NCBI GenBank assembly: GCA_037444405.1
Contig: JBBIML010000013.1
Coordinates: 32,001-96,000 of the forward strand
Origin: Armatimonadota bacterium
GTDB lineage: Bacteria > Armatimonadota > Fimbriimonadia > Fimbriimonadales > GBS-DC
Length of the DNA stretch: 64,000 bases
Reading direction: 5' to 3'
Part shown: in pieces, positions 9,546-18,648 of the stretch
Layout: every line of letters starts with the position of its first letter
Position numbering within the stretch: position 1 is the stretch's first letter
Notes under the pieces: generated by a model
What the model was told of the DNA's origin: nothing
The model's database searches: none
The model's input: only the letters and a program-made list of their open reading frames with translations
Program-made: the position numbers and the translations under genes

Positions 9546-10859
9546 TCACTCCAGCACTCTATCGTACCGTATCAGATCGTCGTATCTCTCGCGCTCCACA
9601 ATCAGCCGCGCCTGACCCTCACGCACCAGCACCATCGCGGGGCGCGGGTAGCGGTTATAGTTGCTGCTCATGGAGTAAGCATACGCCCCCGTGGTCAGCA
9701 CGGCGAGCAGGTCGCCCTCGCGCGTTTCGGGCAGCCACGCACGCTCTATCAGCGGGTCGGTCTCGCAATGTTTGCCCAGCACACGATAGAGATGGTCATG
9801 GGGCAGGTGGGCGCGGTTCGCCAGCAATGCCGTGTAGACCGCGCCGTACATCTGCGGGCGCGGGTTGTCCGACACGCCGCCATCCACAATCAGATAGGTA
9901 TCGGGGCGGTCGGGTTCAGCCATCGGCACGCGCTTGACCGCGCCGACCCGATAGAGCGTGATGCCCGCCTCCGCAATCAGCGACCGCCCCGGCTCCACCA
10001 TCAGCATCGGCTCCGGGAACTGATGGCGCTCGCACGCTTCGCGGAGCGCGCTCACCAGCACGCGCGCATACTCGTCAATCGCGGGCGGCGGGTCATCGGG
10101 CGTGTAGCGCACGCCCAGCCCGCCACCCAGATTGAGGCACGGCGCGGTATAGCCCAGCTCGCGACGCACCTGAGCGGCGAAGGCGACCATCACCTGCGCC
10201 GCCGCCGCAAACGCGCCCAGATCATTAATCTGCGAGCCGATATGGCAGTGGAAGCCCATCAGGTTCAGGCGCGGCTCCTGGAGCACGCGCTGAACCGCCC
10301 GCAGCGCGTCCCCCGTTAGAATATGAAAGCCGAACTTGCTGTCACGTTGCCCTGTGCGAATGAGCGGATGGGTGTTCGCCTCCACTTCGGGCGCGACGCG
10401 AATCAGCACGCCCTGCCGTCGCATCGGTGGCAGCAGGGCGCAAAGCCGTTCAATCTCGGCGAAGTTGTCCAGCACAATCGCATCGATGCCCGCTTCCAGC
10501 GCCATGCGCAGCTCGGCGTCGGTCTTGTACACGCCGTGCAGATGGATACGCTCTGGAGGCACACCTGCCTGCAGCGCGGTGTACAGTTCGCCGCCGGAGG
10601 CGACATCCAGCCCCAGCCCCTCGTCGGCGATAATCTGGCAGATGGCGAGATTCAGCGCCGCCTTGCCCGCATAGAGAATCTGCACATCAGGCTTGAGCGA
10701 CTCGAACGCCCGCCGATAGTCCCTGCACCGCGTGCGCAGGGCAGCTTCGTCCAGCACATAGAGCGGCGTGCCGAATCGCTCCGCAAGCAGAACGGTATCA
10801 CAGCCGCCAACCTCCAGATGCCCCTTTGCGCTAATGCGCTGCGTGCCCAGTAAGAACAT
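9546..10859 (-). CDS. lysA: Diaminopimelate decarboxylase
   Basis: FGTPLYV, YAGKA, SKFG, HCHIGSQ, NLGGG, EPGRS, HCETD, GAY..SMSSNYN. Confidence 0.95.
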   Translation of the reverse strand: MFLLGTQRISAKGHLEVGGCDTVLLAERFGTPLYVLDEAALRTRCRDYRRAFESLKPDVQILYAGKAALNLAICQIIADEGLGLDVASGGELYTALQAGVPPERIHLHGVYKTDAELRMALEAGIDAIVLDNFAEIERLCALLPPMRRQGVLIRVAPEVEANTHPLIRTGQRDSKFGFHILTGDALRAVQRVLQEPRLNLMGFHCHIGSQINDLGAFAAAAQVMVAFAAQVRRELGYTAPCLNLGGGLGVRYTPDDPPPAIDEYARVLVSALREACERHQFPEPMLMVEPGRSLIAEAGITLYRVGAVKRVPMAEPDRPDTYLIVDGGVSDNPRPQMYGAVYTALLANRAHLPHDHLYRVLGKHCETDPLIERAWLPETREGDLLAVLTTGAYAYSMSSNYNRYPRPAMVLVREGQARLIVERERYDDLIRYDRVLE

Positions 10860-10861
10860 GT

Positions 10862-10993
10862 TCAGGGGGTGAAGTCGCTCTTGCGCATCTGTAGCAATCC
10901 CAGCGCGGTCTTGACAGCTCCGATATTCGCCAGAAACTGCGCCACCTGCACCTCAAGCTCATGGTCGGGTTGCTTGATATAATCGCGTGGCAT
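10862..10993 (-). pseudogene. 43-aa ORF, probable truncated gene remnant directly upstream of lysA
   Basis: MPRDYIKQPDHELEVQVAQFLANIGAVKTALGL...; GGAGA RBS and SigH-like promoter upstream; stop 2 nt before lysA ATG. Confidence 0.4.
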
Positions 10994-11016
10994 CGTTTCA
11001 TCTCTCCGCTGGTTGG

Positions 11017-11043
11017 ATTCGGCGGATTGGTTCTGGCTCCTGC
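11017..11043 (-). promoter_or_regulatory. SigH-type promoter
   Basis: GCAGGA-N17-GAATC, 23 nt upstream of ATG 10993. Confidence 0.6.
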
Positions 11044-11092
11044 TCGAAAGAAAACTCTCCCGAAAGCCGGGAGAACTCCCTGCGAACATGGG

Positions 11093-11122
11093 GGTAGGGG
11101 CGACGCATGCGTCGCCCCTACC
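11093..11122. repeat. GTAG-family REP, perfect 30-bp palindrome
   Basis: GGTAGGGGCGACGCA|TGCGTCGCCCCTACC. Confidence 0.8.
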
Positions 11123-11179
11123 TGCGTACACGATGGCGCTCGGTTTGCCCGCAATTTAACCTGATTTGCTCCTGACCCC

Positions 11180-11207
11180 TTGACAATGGCGAAAAGTGTG
11201 TTATAAT
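11180..11207 (+). promoter_or_regulatory. Consensus sigma-70 promoter with extended -10
   Basis: TTGACA-N16-TATAAT with TG one base before the -10. Confidence 0.8.
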
Positions 11208-11270
11208 GGTAGAAGCCTACGCGCTTCCGGGTGCTGGGCTGGGAACACTCAAATGACAGGAGGTAAACCG

Positions 11271-12389
11271 ATGCGATGGACATTTTCTAATCGGGCATAC
11301 GCGCTTGTGAGCGCGATGGTGTTGTCTGTAGTGATGACCGCGGGTTGGTCGCAGAGCATCACCTGGCTCGGCACGCTCGGCGGCGTGGATAGCGAGGCTT
11401 GGGGCGTTTCAAACAACGCGCAAGTCGTCGGCAGGGCGCGCTTCTCCAACGGTCGTTTGCGCGCCTTTCGCTGGGCGAACGGGGTAATGTACGACCTCGG
11501 CACGATCGGGATTTCGAGCGAGGCGACCGGAATTTCGGTGGACGGCTCGGTGGTCGTCGGCTGGGGATCACCCTCAACAAGCAATCCAGGACCATTCGCC
11601 TATCGCTGGGTGGCTGGAGGGGCTCACAGCCTCGGCACGCTCGGCGGGAACGCGAGCGCGGCTTGGGGCGTTTCGGCAGACGGTTCGGTGATCGTCGGCT
11701 GGGCACGTTCCTCACCCAACAATCAGGAGCGCGCCTTTCGCTGGACGCAAAGCGGCGGGATGCGGAACCTCGGCACGCTCGGCGGGAACGCGAGCGCGGC
11801 TTGGGGCACCTCGGCGGACGGCGCGGTCGTGGTTGGCTGGGCGTTCAACGCCAGCGGTCAGCGGCGCGCCTTTCGCTGGACGCAGGCAACGGGGATGGTC
11901 GATCTCAGCACGCTCGGAGGCAACACGAGCGATGCTCGCGGCGTCTCGGCGGACGGCTCGGTGGTCGTCGGCTGGGCAGAAAACGCCAGCGGTCAGCGGC
12001 ACGCCTTTCGATGGGAGAATGGGGTCATGCAAGACCTTGGAACATTCAGCGGGAATGAGAGCATTGCGCAAGATGTTTCGGGAGACAGTTCGATAATCGT
12101 CGGCAGCGCAACCAACGCCAGCAATCAGAATCGCGCCTTTCGCTGGACGCAGGGCAGCGGACTGGAAGACCTGAACCTGACCTACGCCAGCCTGCTCACG
12201 GGCGGCTCAGTGCTGTACGATGCCCGTGGTATCAGCCCCGACGGGCGGTACATCGTGGGGGTTGGCTTCCACGCGGCGTCGGGGCGCAATGAGGCGTTCT
12301 TGCTGGATACTGTGCCTGAGCCTGCTTCGCTGATTGCGCTGAGCGCGGGTCTGGTGGGTCTGCTGGGCTGGCGTCGCCATCGGGCGTAG
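11271..12389 (+). CDS. HAF-repeat secreted beta-propeller-like protein with PEP-CTERM sorting signal
   Basis: AGGAGG RBS; signal peptide; about 6 repeats LGTLGG..S.A.GVSADG.VVVGW...RAFRW; tail VPEPASLIALSAGLVGLLGWRRHRA. Confidence 0.93.
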   Translation: MRWTFSNRAYALVSAMVLSVVMTAGWSQSITWLGTLGGVDSEAWGVSNNAQVVGRARFSNGRLRAFRWANGVMYDLGTIGISSEATGISVDGSVVVGWGSPSTSNPGPFAYRWVAGGAHSLGTLGGNASAAWGVSADGSVIVGWARSSPNNQERAFRWTQSGGMRNLGTLGGNASAAWGTSADGAVVVGWAFNASGQRRAFRWTQATGMVDLSTLGGNTSDARGVSADGSVVVGWAENASGQRHAFRWENGVMQDLGTFSGNESIAQDVSGDSSIIVGSATNASNQNRAFRWTQGSGLEDLNLTYASLLTGGSVLYDARGISPDGRYIVGVGFHAASGRNEAFLLDTVPEPASLIALSAGLVGLLGWRRHRA

Positions 12390-12592
12390 CCCTCATCCCC
12401 TTGCCCCCTCTCCCCAGGCTTGTGGAGAGGGGGATTGCAAGACATAATAAGTGTCCGTGCATTAGATTTTCAACTGCTCCCCGTTTACGGGGGGTTGGGG
12501 GGCTGGCTCGGTTCAAGTCCGCTTGGTGTGCATAGCCAGCGTTTCGCCAGCCCTCACCCCCAGCCCCTCTCCCGCAGGCGGGAGAGGGGGGC
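12390..12592. repeat. Cluster of CCCTCA-CCC..CCCCTCTCCC..GGGAGAGGG hairpin repeats
   Basis: Copies at 12390-12433 and 12551-12592, and an opposite-orientation relative near 12477-12505. Confidence 0.65.
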
Positions 12593-12619
12593 TATGTTGC
12601 TATTTTAGCGCAAAGGCAC

Positions 12620-13024
12620 TTAATACCAGTCCTCCACTACCAGGGCTGGAATCCGCTGGAATTCGTTAAGGTTGTGGGTTACCAGCACCAGCCCCCGTGA
12701 AAGAGCGACCCCTGCAATCAGCGTATCCAGCGTGCCGATTGCCATTCCTCTGCGTTCTAAGTCGGCACGAACCTCAGCTGCGTAGCGCGCTGCCGCATCA
12801 TCAAACGGCAACACCGTGATCCAAGCCAACAATTGTGCCAGTTGTGCCTGCAGGCGTTCTGGTTGACTCGACCGAGCTACGCCAACTTGCAACTCATATA
12901 ACGAAATCGTCGAGATCGCCACCTCTGTAGGTGGCGTTTGCAACAGGGAAGCTGCAACCCTACCCTGTCCTTTGAAAAAGTAGATCACTGTGTCGGTATC
13001 CAGCAGGAACCTAAGGTTGTTCAC
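12620..13024 (-). CDS. vapC: VapC-family PIN toxin
   Basis: FLLDTD, ISTISLYEL, LPFD, IGTLDTLIAG, LVTHNLNEF..IPALVVEDW; GTG start tentative. Confidence 0.9.
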   Translation of the reverse strand: MNNLRFLLDTDTVIYFFKGQGRVAASLLQTPPTEVAISTISLYELQVGVARSSQPERLQAQLAQLLAWITVLPFDDAAARYAAEVRADLERRGMAIGTLDTLIAGVALSRGLVLVTHNLNEFQRIPALVVEDWY

Positions 13025-13244
13025 GCGCGGACTCGACCTCCAGCGAACGACGCAGCTCGCCTGGCTCCGGGAAATCATCTTGCCAGGCGCCCACCAGTTG
13101 ACGCACGGACATTGGCCACGCGGTACGGCTCCAGTGCTGTAATAGCTCGGCAATCAGCGCATCGACACTGATGCCTCGCTCGCGCGCCTGCTGCTGGAGC
13201 TGCTCCAGTGTGTCCGGATCAATCTGCACGGTAATCGTGTGCAT
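13011..13244 (-). CDS. CopG/RHH-like antitoxin (VapB)
   Basis: 77 aa, MHTITVQIDP..LQQQARERGISVDALIAELL, tail WP..V..LVGAW.DDFP; overlaps vapC. Confidence 0.82.
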   Translation of the reverse strand: MHTITVQIDPDTLEQLQQQARERGISVDALIAELLQHWSRTAWPMSVRQLVGAWQDDFPEPGELRRSLEVESAREQP

Positions 13245-14574
13245 AGGGCACCTCTGTAGAAGTGTACCCCATCGTGGGCTGGGAAAGTGGTGGATCCTGC
13301 CTCGCAAAGGCGCAGCGGTTGCCGGGTGTGTGAGTGGTTTGCAACCCCCACAATAACAGCGCGGCGTCAAAAGCGGTGACGCCAATCTGCGGGAGATAAT
13401 AATAATGCTCAAATGGGTGCAGGAACGCCATCGGCAGGAAGGTGATGGCTTGCCACAGGAGCGCACTGCCGATAAGCGTGCGCCATTGATAGAGCGCGAC
13501 CAGCACGCCCGCATACGCCAGCAGCATGAGCAGGTGATCCCAGGGTTCTCTGAACAGCCACAGCATCGGTTCGGGCAGCGCGGTTTGCCAGTAGGTGAAG
13601 TCGCCCACAGGCGGGAACAGCTCGCTGAAGTAGCTCCAGAGCGGACCCGCGAGGCTGCTGCGCAGCTGTTGCTGTTGATAGCGGCTTGGCTCGAGGGGCA
13701 CCAGCGCCAGTCGCAGGGTTATTACCACTATTGCAGCGGCAATCACTCCTGTGCAGAGGGCGCCTGCCGTTGCCCTGCCCCACGCCCTGCGGCGTGCAAG
13801 CGCGAGCGCAATCAGCAACGGCACCAGCGTGATTGCCTGCTCGTACGCGCCCAGCGCGAGCAGCAGGAGCAACAGTCCCAGCAGGCGCCAGCCCCATCGC
13901 CCCTGTCGCGCGCCCAGCAGCAGGCAGTAGACGCCCCAGATACTCAGCGCGGTCATCACGAGCGCGGTGCGCGAGGGCACCCAGCTGATGAGACGCTCAT
14001 AGCCCGTGCCCATCGCCCGCTCGAAGCCCCACAGCCACGCGCCAGCAATCAGCGCGAGCATCAGTACGCTTTTCCTGGGGGTCTGGGGGTGAGGGACAGA
14101 GCCAGCAAAAACCCCCACCAGCAACAACCCGCCCACGAACCACCAGGTAGACCATCCTTTGAAGAGCGCGGTCAAGCCCGTCTGCTGAAGGCTGAACAGC
14201 AGCGCGGTGATGCAGCCGAGCGCGTCCGCCTGCACGAAGCCGACCTCGCGGGCAAACGCGCGAACCGCCATCAACATCCCCAGCGCCGTCAGCAGCGTCA
14301 GCAGCCAGTTTGTGAGCCGATAGCCCCACGCACGCTCGCTATACAGCGTGTAATCGAGGATCAGCGAGAGGCAGGTGGTGGGACGATAGAAGCCGTTTTT
14401 AAGGAACCAGTCGCCCGTCAGCCAGCGCCCGATGCCGCGCCAGCCGCCCGAATCGCGCATCGCATCGAGCATGACGGCGGTGTCGGTATCGGCACGCAGC
14501 GCGGAATCGATAAAAACCTGTGGCAGGGCGAGCAGGTGCAGCCCCACAATCAGCGCAGCCGTCGCCCACAACAA
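13219..14574 (-). CDS. Polytopic membrane protein, possibly GT-C glycosyltransferase-like
   Basis: Many TM segments; FYRP motif, YRLTNWLL, HYYYLP; start uncertain (TTG right after the ferredoxin stop). Confidence 0.65.
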   Translation of the reverse strand: MLWATAALIVGLHLLALPQVFIDSALRADTDTAVMLDAMRDSGGWRGIGRWLTGDWFLKNGFYRPTTCLSLILDYTLYSERAWGYRLTNWLLTLLTALGMLMAVRAFAREVGFVQADALGCITALLFSLQQTGLTALFKGWSTWWFVGGLLLVGVFAGSVPHPQTPRKSVLMLALIAGAWLWGFERAMGTGYERLISWVPSRTALVMTALSIWGVYCLLLGARQGRWGWRLLGLLLLLLALGAYEQAITLVPLLIALALARRRAWGRATAGALCTGVIAAAIVVITLRLALVPLEPSRYQQQQLRSSLAGPLWSYFSELFPPVGDFTYWQTALPEPMLWLFREPWDHLLMLLAYAGVLVALYQWRTLIGSALLWQAITFLPMAFLHPFEHYYYLPQIGVTAFDAALLLWGLQTTHTPGNRCAFARQDPPLSQPTMGYTSTEVPYAHDYRAD

Positions 14575-14575
14575 A

Positions 14576-14815
14576 CTATTTGCCTTTGAAAAAGTTTGCG
14601 TTCTTCTCAATATAATGGCGCCACTCGGGCGGCACTTCCGTATCCGCATAAATCGCGTTCACAGGGCACTCTGGCTCGCAAAGCCCGCAGTCGATGCACT
14701 CGTCCGGATGAATATACAGCTGGTCTTCCCCCTCATAGATGCAGTCGACGGGGCAGACCGCAACACAGGACTTATCTTTAACGCCGATGCACGGCTCGCA
14801 GATCACATAGGGCAT
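14576..14815 (-). CDS. 7Fe ferredoxin
   Basis: [18 protein letters not shown] and [24 protein letters not shown]. Confidence 0.95.
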   Translation of the reverse strand: MPYVICEPCIGVKDKSCVAVCPVDCIYEGEDQLYIHPDECIDCGLCEPECPVNAIYADTEVPPEWRHYIEKNANFFKGK

Positions 14816-14871
14816 AGATTGACCTCCTTCGCGCCTCGATTATACCCCCTGCGAGCGTTCGTTGCACGCAG

Positions 14872-15765
14872 CTATTCGGCAGGCAGCCAGACGAAATCGG
14901 CTAACGAGGCGCGAATCTCCACAGGCGTCTGGCTGGGCGGCAGGCACACCAGCGTGGCGGCAGGCAGGTTCGCCTGCTGGCGCAGGCGCAGAGAGATGCC
15001 CACATCGTACATCACATGCCCGTTCCCCGCCAGAATCACGAAGATGAGGCGTGGCGAGGGCACGGTGCGCTGCAGATAGTGGAGCGCGCTCTGCGCCATC
15101 GCCGTGTCCCACAGCACCTGCGCCTCGTAGAACCGCTCATGCGCGGGGTCGCTGTGCCCCTCATGCCCCGCATGCTCCGTGCCCGGATGACCGCTCATCA
15201 GCGTGTTAAACAGCTGGCGATGGTCGCGCTGGCTCAAATCCAGTTGCGCGAGACCCATGCGCTCCGATTCGGGGATTGACGCCCAGCCTTTGAGCGCGAC
15301 CTGGCGCGCCAGCGCGCGCGGCACATTCAGCGCGACCAGCCGCAGCCGATGGCGACGCACCACCTCAAAAATCGGGCGATAGAGCGCGAAGTCGAACCCC
15401 CACTGACGCTGCCACTCGCTCTGTTCGATGAACTCCGACTCGCTCAGCCGATTGAGCGTCCAGAGGTTCAGCGGGTGCTGTTTGGTGCGATCGAACATCT
15501 CCATGCCGACAATCACGGAGCGTCCCTCCTGCACCAGCGCCTCAATCACCGCGGCTTGCATGCGATGGTGGCTCGCTTCGCTGTGAACCTCGCCAATCAG
15601 CAAAAAGGTGTGCGGTTCCACCGCCTGCGCTAGCTGGGCGAGCGAGACCCTGCGCCCACGCAGGGTCTCTATCAGCTCATTCGGGCGAGCTCTCAGGCGC
15701 CGGGCGCGTCGTGCAGGGTCGCCAATCTCCAGATTGTAAGGCGACGGCTCACTTTGCCAGAACAT
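14872..15765 (-). CDS. ChaN/PhuW-family (haem-uptake-associated) protein
   Basis: LIGEVH...HH..Q, GMEMF, YRPIF, ALNVP, AQVLWDTAMA, AGNGHV. Confidence 0.85.
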   Translation of the reverse strand: MFWQSEPSPYNLEIGDPARRARRLRARPNELIETLRGRRVSLAQLAQAVEPHTFLLIGEVHSEASHHRMQAAVIEALVQEGRSVIVGMEMFDRTKQHPLNLWTLNRLSESEFIEQSEWQRQWGFDFALYRPIFEVVRRHRLRLVALNVPRALARQVALKGWASIPESERMGLAQLDLSQRDHRQLFNTLMSGHPGTEHAGHEGHSDPAHERFYEAQVLWDTAMAQSALHYLQRTVPSPRLIFVILAGNGHVMYDVGISLRLRQQANLPAATLVCLPPSQTPVEIRASLADFVWLPAE

Positions 15766-15774
15766 GGCTTTTCG

Positions 15775-15801
15775 ATTCGGTTCCCGCAATCTGATTCCTG
15801 C
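15775..15801 (-). promoter_or_regulatory. SigH-type promoter
   Basis: GCAGGA-N17-GAATC, 9 nt before ATG 15765. Confidence 0.65.
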
Positions 15802-15831
15802 CCTCACGAAGCAGGGGTACAATAGAGATTG

Positions 15832-16971
15832 ATGCGGTATCATCCGCTGTCGCCCGTGCTGTTTCTGGTGCGCAATCCGGGGCGGAGTTTGCCGTTGACG
15901 CTGGTGCTGACGCTCGCGGTGCTGACGATTGCCTGCGTGGTCGCGCTCCTGAACTCCATCGACCGCACGATTCTCAAAATCTACGATTACAATCGCTACT
16001 TTGCGGCGGTGACGCCGCGCGGGGGCGAGGAGCTGAAACCTGAACTGCGGGCGCTGGTGGAGCGGGCACCTGGCGTGGGCGAGGTGTATGAGACGGTGGT
16101 CTGCTTCATGACGGCGGAGACGATTGTGGGCAAGATGCCGTTTGTGATTTTCGGGCTGCCCCAGGACAAAATGGAGCGACTGGTGGCGCGGTGCGGGCTG
16201 GAGCTGGGCGCGGGACGCTACCCAGCGCCGGGCGCGCCTGAAGTCGCGCTCTCGGAGCCGCTGATGCGCAACAAGAAGCTACGCATCGGCGATGTGGTGC
16301 TGTCGCCACTGGTGCCCGATCAGTACGCGCCCGTGCCCGTGCGCGTGGTGGGCGTCTTGAAGGGCGATACATGGATGGCAATCACTTCCGAAGAGTTCAC
16401 GCGCCGCCACTTTTTCCCGCCGTTGCGCAATTTGCTGGTGTTAGCCGCCGATGTGCGACAGCAGCCCCAGCTGGATCGGTGGCTGCTAACGAATCTGAGG
16501 GGCAAGCAGGCGCGCGTCTGGATTTACGCCGAGCTGCAGCGGGAGACCCATCGCGCGTTTCGGAACCTCTACTTCATCACGGGCGTGGTGGTGCTGGTGG
16601 TGTCGCTGATGCTGGCGACGATGACGGGGCTGCTGGCGAACATCTATTTTCAGCAGCGGCTGGTGGAGTTCGGGCTGTTGCAGGCGATGGGCTACACGCG
16701 GCGCAGTTTGCTGGCGCGGGTGTCGGCGGAGACGGTGCTGGTGGTGCTGCTGGGCTGGGCGCTGGGCGTGCTGCTGGCGCTAACGACGCTGAGCTGGGCG
16801 AAGTGGGCGGTGATGGAGCCACGCGGACTCTATCTGGAGCCGCTCGACCCCATCGCCTACCGCTACACGCTGCCCGTGCCCGTGATGGTGCTGCTGTTCG
16901 CGCTGACGACCATCGGCTGGCGCCTGCGCACTTTTGACCCGGTGGCGATTGTGGAGCGCCGGATTGTTTAG
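15832..16971 (+). CDS. ABC transporter permease (MacB/FtsX family)
   Basis: One TM, periplasmic domain, three TM; GRYP, QRLVEFGLLQAMGY motifs. Confidence 0.85.
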   Translation: MRYHPLSPVLFLVRNPGRSLPLTLVLTLAVLTIACVVALLNSIDRTILKIYDYNRYFAAVTPRGGEELKPELRALVERAPGVGEVYETVVCFMTAETIVGKMPFVIFGLPQDKMERLVARCGLELGAGRYPAPGAPEVALSEPLMRNKKLRIGDVVLSPLVPDQYAPVPVRVVGVLKGDTWMAITSEEFTRRHFFPPLRNLLVLAADVRQQPQLDRWLLTNLRGKQARVWIYAELQRETHRAFRNLYFITGVVVLVVSLMLATMTGLLANIYFQQRLVEFGLLQAMGYTRRSLLARVSAETVLVVLLGWALGVLLALTTLSWAKWAVMEPRGLYLEPLDPIAYRYTLPVPVMVLLFALTTIGWRLRTFDPVAIVERRIV

Positions 16972-17078
16972 GCGCGCTTCTGGCTCTGGGCGGCTTTGAT
17001 GGCGGCGCGCCGTCGCGCCTTCAGGCGCTTCATGCGCCGATGGCGCCGCTGCCGCAGCTCGCGCTCGCGCATCCGCAT
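16968..17078 (-). CDS. 36-aa highly basic small protein (DUF6800-like)
   Basis: MRMRERELRQRRHRRMKRLKARRRAAIKAAQSQKRA with perfect AAGGAGGTGA RBS. Confidence 0.7.
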   Translation of the reverse strand: MRMRERELRQRRHRRMKRLKARRRAAIKAAQSQKRA

Positions 17079-17092
17079 CGCTTTCACCTCCT

Positions 17093-17899
17093 TCACACAA
17101 TCACTTTGGCGTAGTCCAGCACATGCGGGCATGGGCAGTGGCGCTCGGTGGGGATTCGGGCAATCATCCCGAAAATCACCTCGCGAATGCGCTCCGCGTT
17201 CTGATGGAACACCTTCATCACCTCTTCGGCGGTCACGGGCTGAACCTCGCCCTCTGCCACCAGCCCGCTGTCGTAGTCGGTGATCAGTGAGATGTTGACC
17301 ACGCACATCGCCAGCTCCCGTGCCAGATACGCTTCGGGATACTGGGTCATGTTGATGACCTCCCAGCCCATCGAGGTGAACCATCGGCTCTCGGCTTTGG
17401 TGGAGAAGCGGGGTCCGTTGATGACCACAATCGTGCCGCGCTCATGCACGGAGATGCCACGCGCCCGAATCTCCTCGATGGCAATCTGGCGCAGCACGGG
17501 GCAGTAGGGGTCGGCAGGCGAGACATGGTGGACGGTCGGACCCTCGTAGAAGGTATCGGCTCTGCCGTGCGTGCGGTCGACATACTGGTCCGCGACCACG
17601 AAATCGCCTGGTTTGACATGGGCTTGCAGGCTGCCTGCGGCGCAGGGGCTGATGATGCGCGTGACGCCCAGCTCCTTCATCGCCCACAGGTTGGCGCGAT
17701 AGTTGATTTTATGGGGCGGGACGCTGTGCTGGCGTCCGTGTCGGGGCAGGAACGCCACGCGCCGACCCGCCACCTCGCCAATCGTGATGAGGTCGCTCGG
17801 CGCACCGTACGGCGTGTCGATCTTATACTGCTCCACATTCTCCAGAAACGAATAGAATCCGGAGCCGCCAAACACTCCGATTTCAGCGTAGGGTCTCAT
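17093..17899 (-). CDS. mtnP: S-methyl-5'-thioadenosine phosphorylase
   Basis: GGSGFY, TPYG, FLPRHG..H..PPH.INYRAN, GPRFSTKAES, TDYD. Confidence 0.93.
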   Translation of the reverse strand: MRPYAEIGVFGGSGFYSFLENVEQYKIDTPYGAPSDLITIGEVAGRRVAFLPRHGRQHSVPPHKINYRANLWAMKELGVTRIISPCAAGSLQAHVKPGDFVVADQYVDRTHGRADTFYEGPTVHHVSPADPYCPVLRQIAIEEIRARGISVHERGTIVVINGPRFSTKAESRWFTSMGWEVINMTQYPEAYLARELAMCVVNISLITDYDSGLVAEGEVQPVTAEEVMKVFHQNAERIREVIFGMIARIPTERHCPCPHVLDYAKVIV

Positions 17900-18596
17900 C
17901 GATTTGCCTCCTGTTCTGTTCGGTGTAGTGGAGGGCATCGGCGGCGGCGCGCTGCTCGGCTTGCTTTTTGCTGGAGCCGGTGCCGCGCCCGATGGTCAAA
18001 TCGCGCAGGCGCACCTCCACGATGAAAGTTTTGCGATGGGGCGTGCCGTGTTCCTCCACCACCTCATACACGGGCGTGATGCGCCACCAGGCTTGCGTGC
18101 GCTCCTGCAAAAGCGATTTGAAGTCCTGGATGGGGATGATGCCCTGCGTGAGGGCATCGAGTTCGGGCTGGAGGTGCTGGAGGATGTAGGCGCGTGCGGC
18201 TTCGTAGCCCTGGTCCAGGTAGAGGGCGGCGATGACGGCTTCGAAGGCGTCGCTGAGGATGGAGGGTCGCTCGCGCCCGCCTGCCGCCTCTTCCGCGGGG
18301 CTGAGCCGCAGCTGCTGGGGCAGTCCTGCCCGACGCGCCGCCTCGCACAGCACGCTCTCGCGCACCAGGCTTGCCCGCGCTTTGGAGAGCTGACCCTGAT
18401 CCCAGTCGGGAAAGAGCCGATAGAGATGCTCGGCGATCACCAGCCCCAGCACGGCGTCGCCCAGAAACTCCAGACGCTCGTTGCTGGCTGCCAGGTCGCC
18501 CTCCGTAAACGACCGATGGGTCAGCGCCTGCGTCCACAGCGCGTCATCCACCTTTGGGGTTATCGCACGGCTTTTTCGCAACCGCCAGAAGCCCAC
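17883..18596 (-). CDS. rnc: Ribonuclease III
   Basis: ALTHRS, NERLEFLGDAVLG, DAFEA, dsRBD ending G.GSSKKQAEQ.AA; GTG start chosen 7 nt after TATAAT. Confidence 0.95.
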   Translation of the reverse strand: MGFWRLRKSRAITPKVDDALWTQALTHRSFTEGDLAASNERLEFLGDAVLGLVIAEHLYRLFPDWDQGQLSKARASLVRESVLCEAARRAGLPQQLRLSPAEEAAGGRERPSILSDAFEAVIAALYLDQGYEAARAYILQHLQPELDALTQGIIPIQDFKSLLQERTQAWWRITPVYEVVEEHGTPHRKTFIVEVRLRDLTIGRGTGSSKKQAEQRAAADALHYTEQNRRQIDETLR

Positions 18597-18623
18597 GCGG
18601 GCTATTATACCCATGACTTGATT

Positions 18624-18644
18624 GGGGCGGGACGCCCCCGCTAC
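18624..18644 (-). repeat. GTAG-family REP
   Basis: GTAGCGGGGGCGTCCCGCCCC on the minus strand, just after the ftsE stop. Confidence 0.55.
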
Positions 18645-18648
18645 GGCT

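Noticed and set aside
10860..11130. Lysine riboswitch upstream of lysA
   Set aside because: Conserved lysine-riboswitch elements not recognisable; the region is explained by the sORF, promoter and REP
11360..12150. Periodic repeats as a CRISPR array or DGR template/variable pair
   Set aside because: They are in-frame HAF protein repeats; no cas or reverse transcriptase gene and no adenine-specific variation
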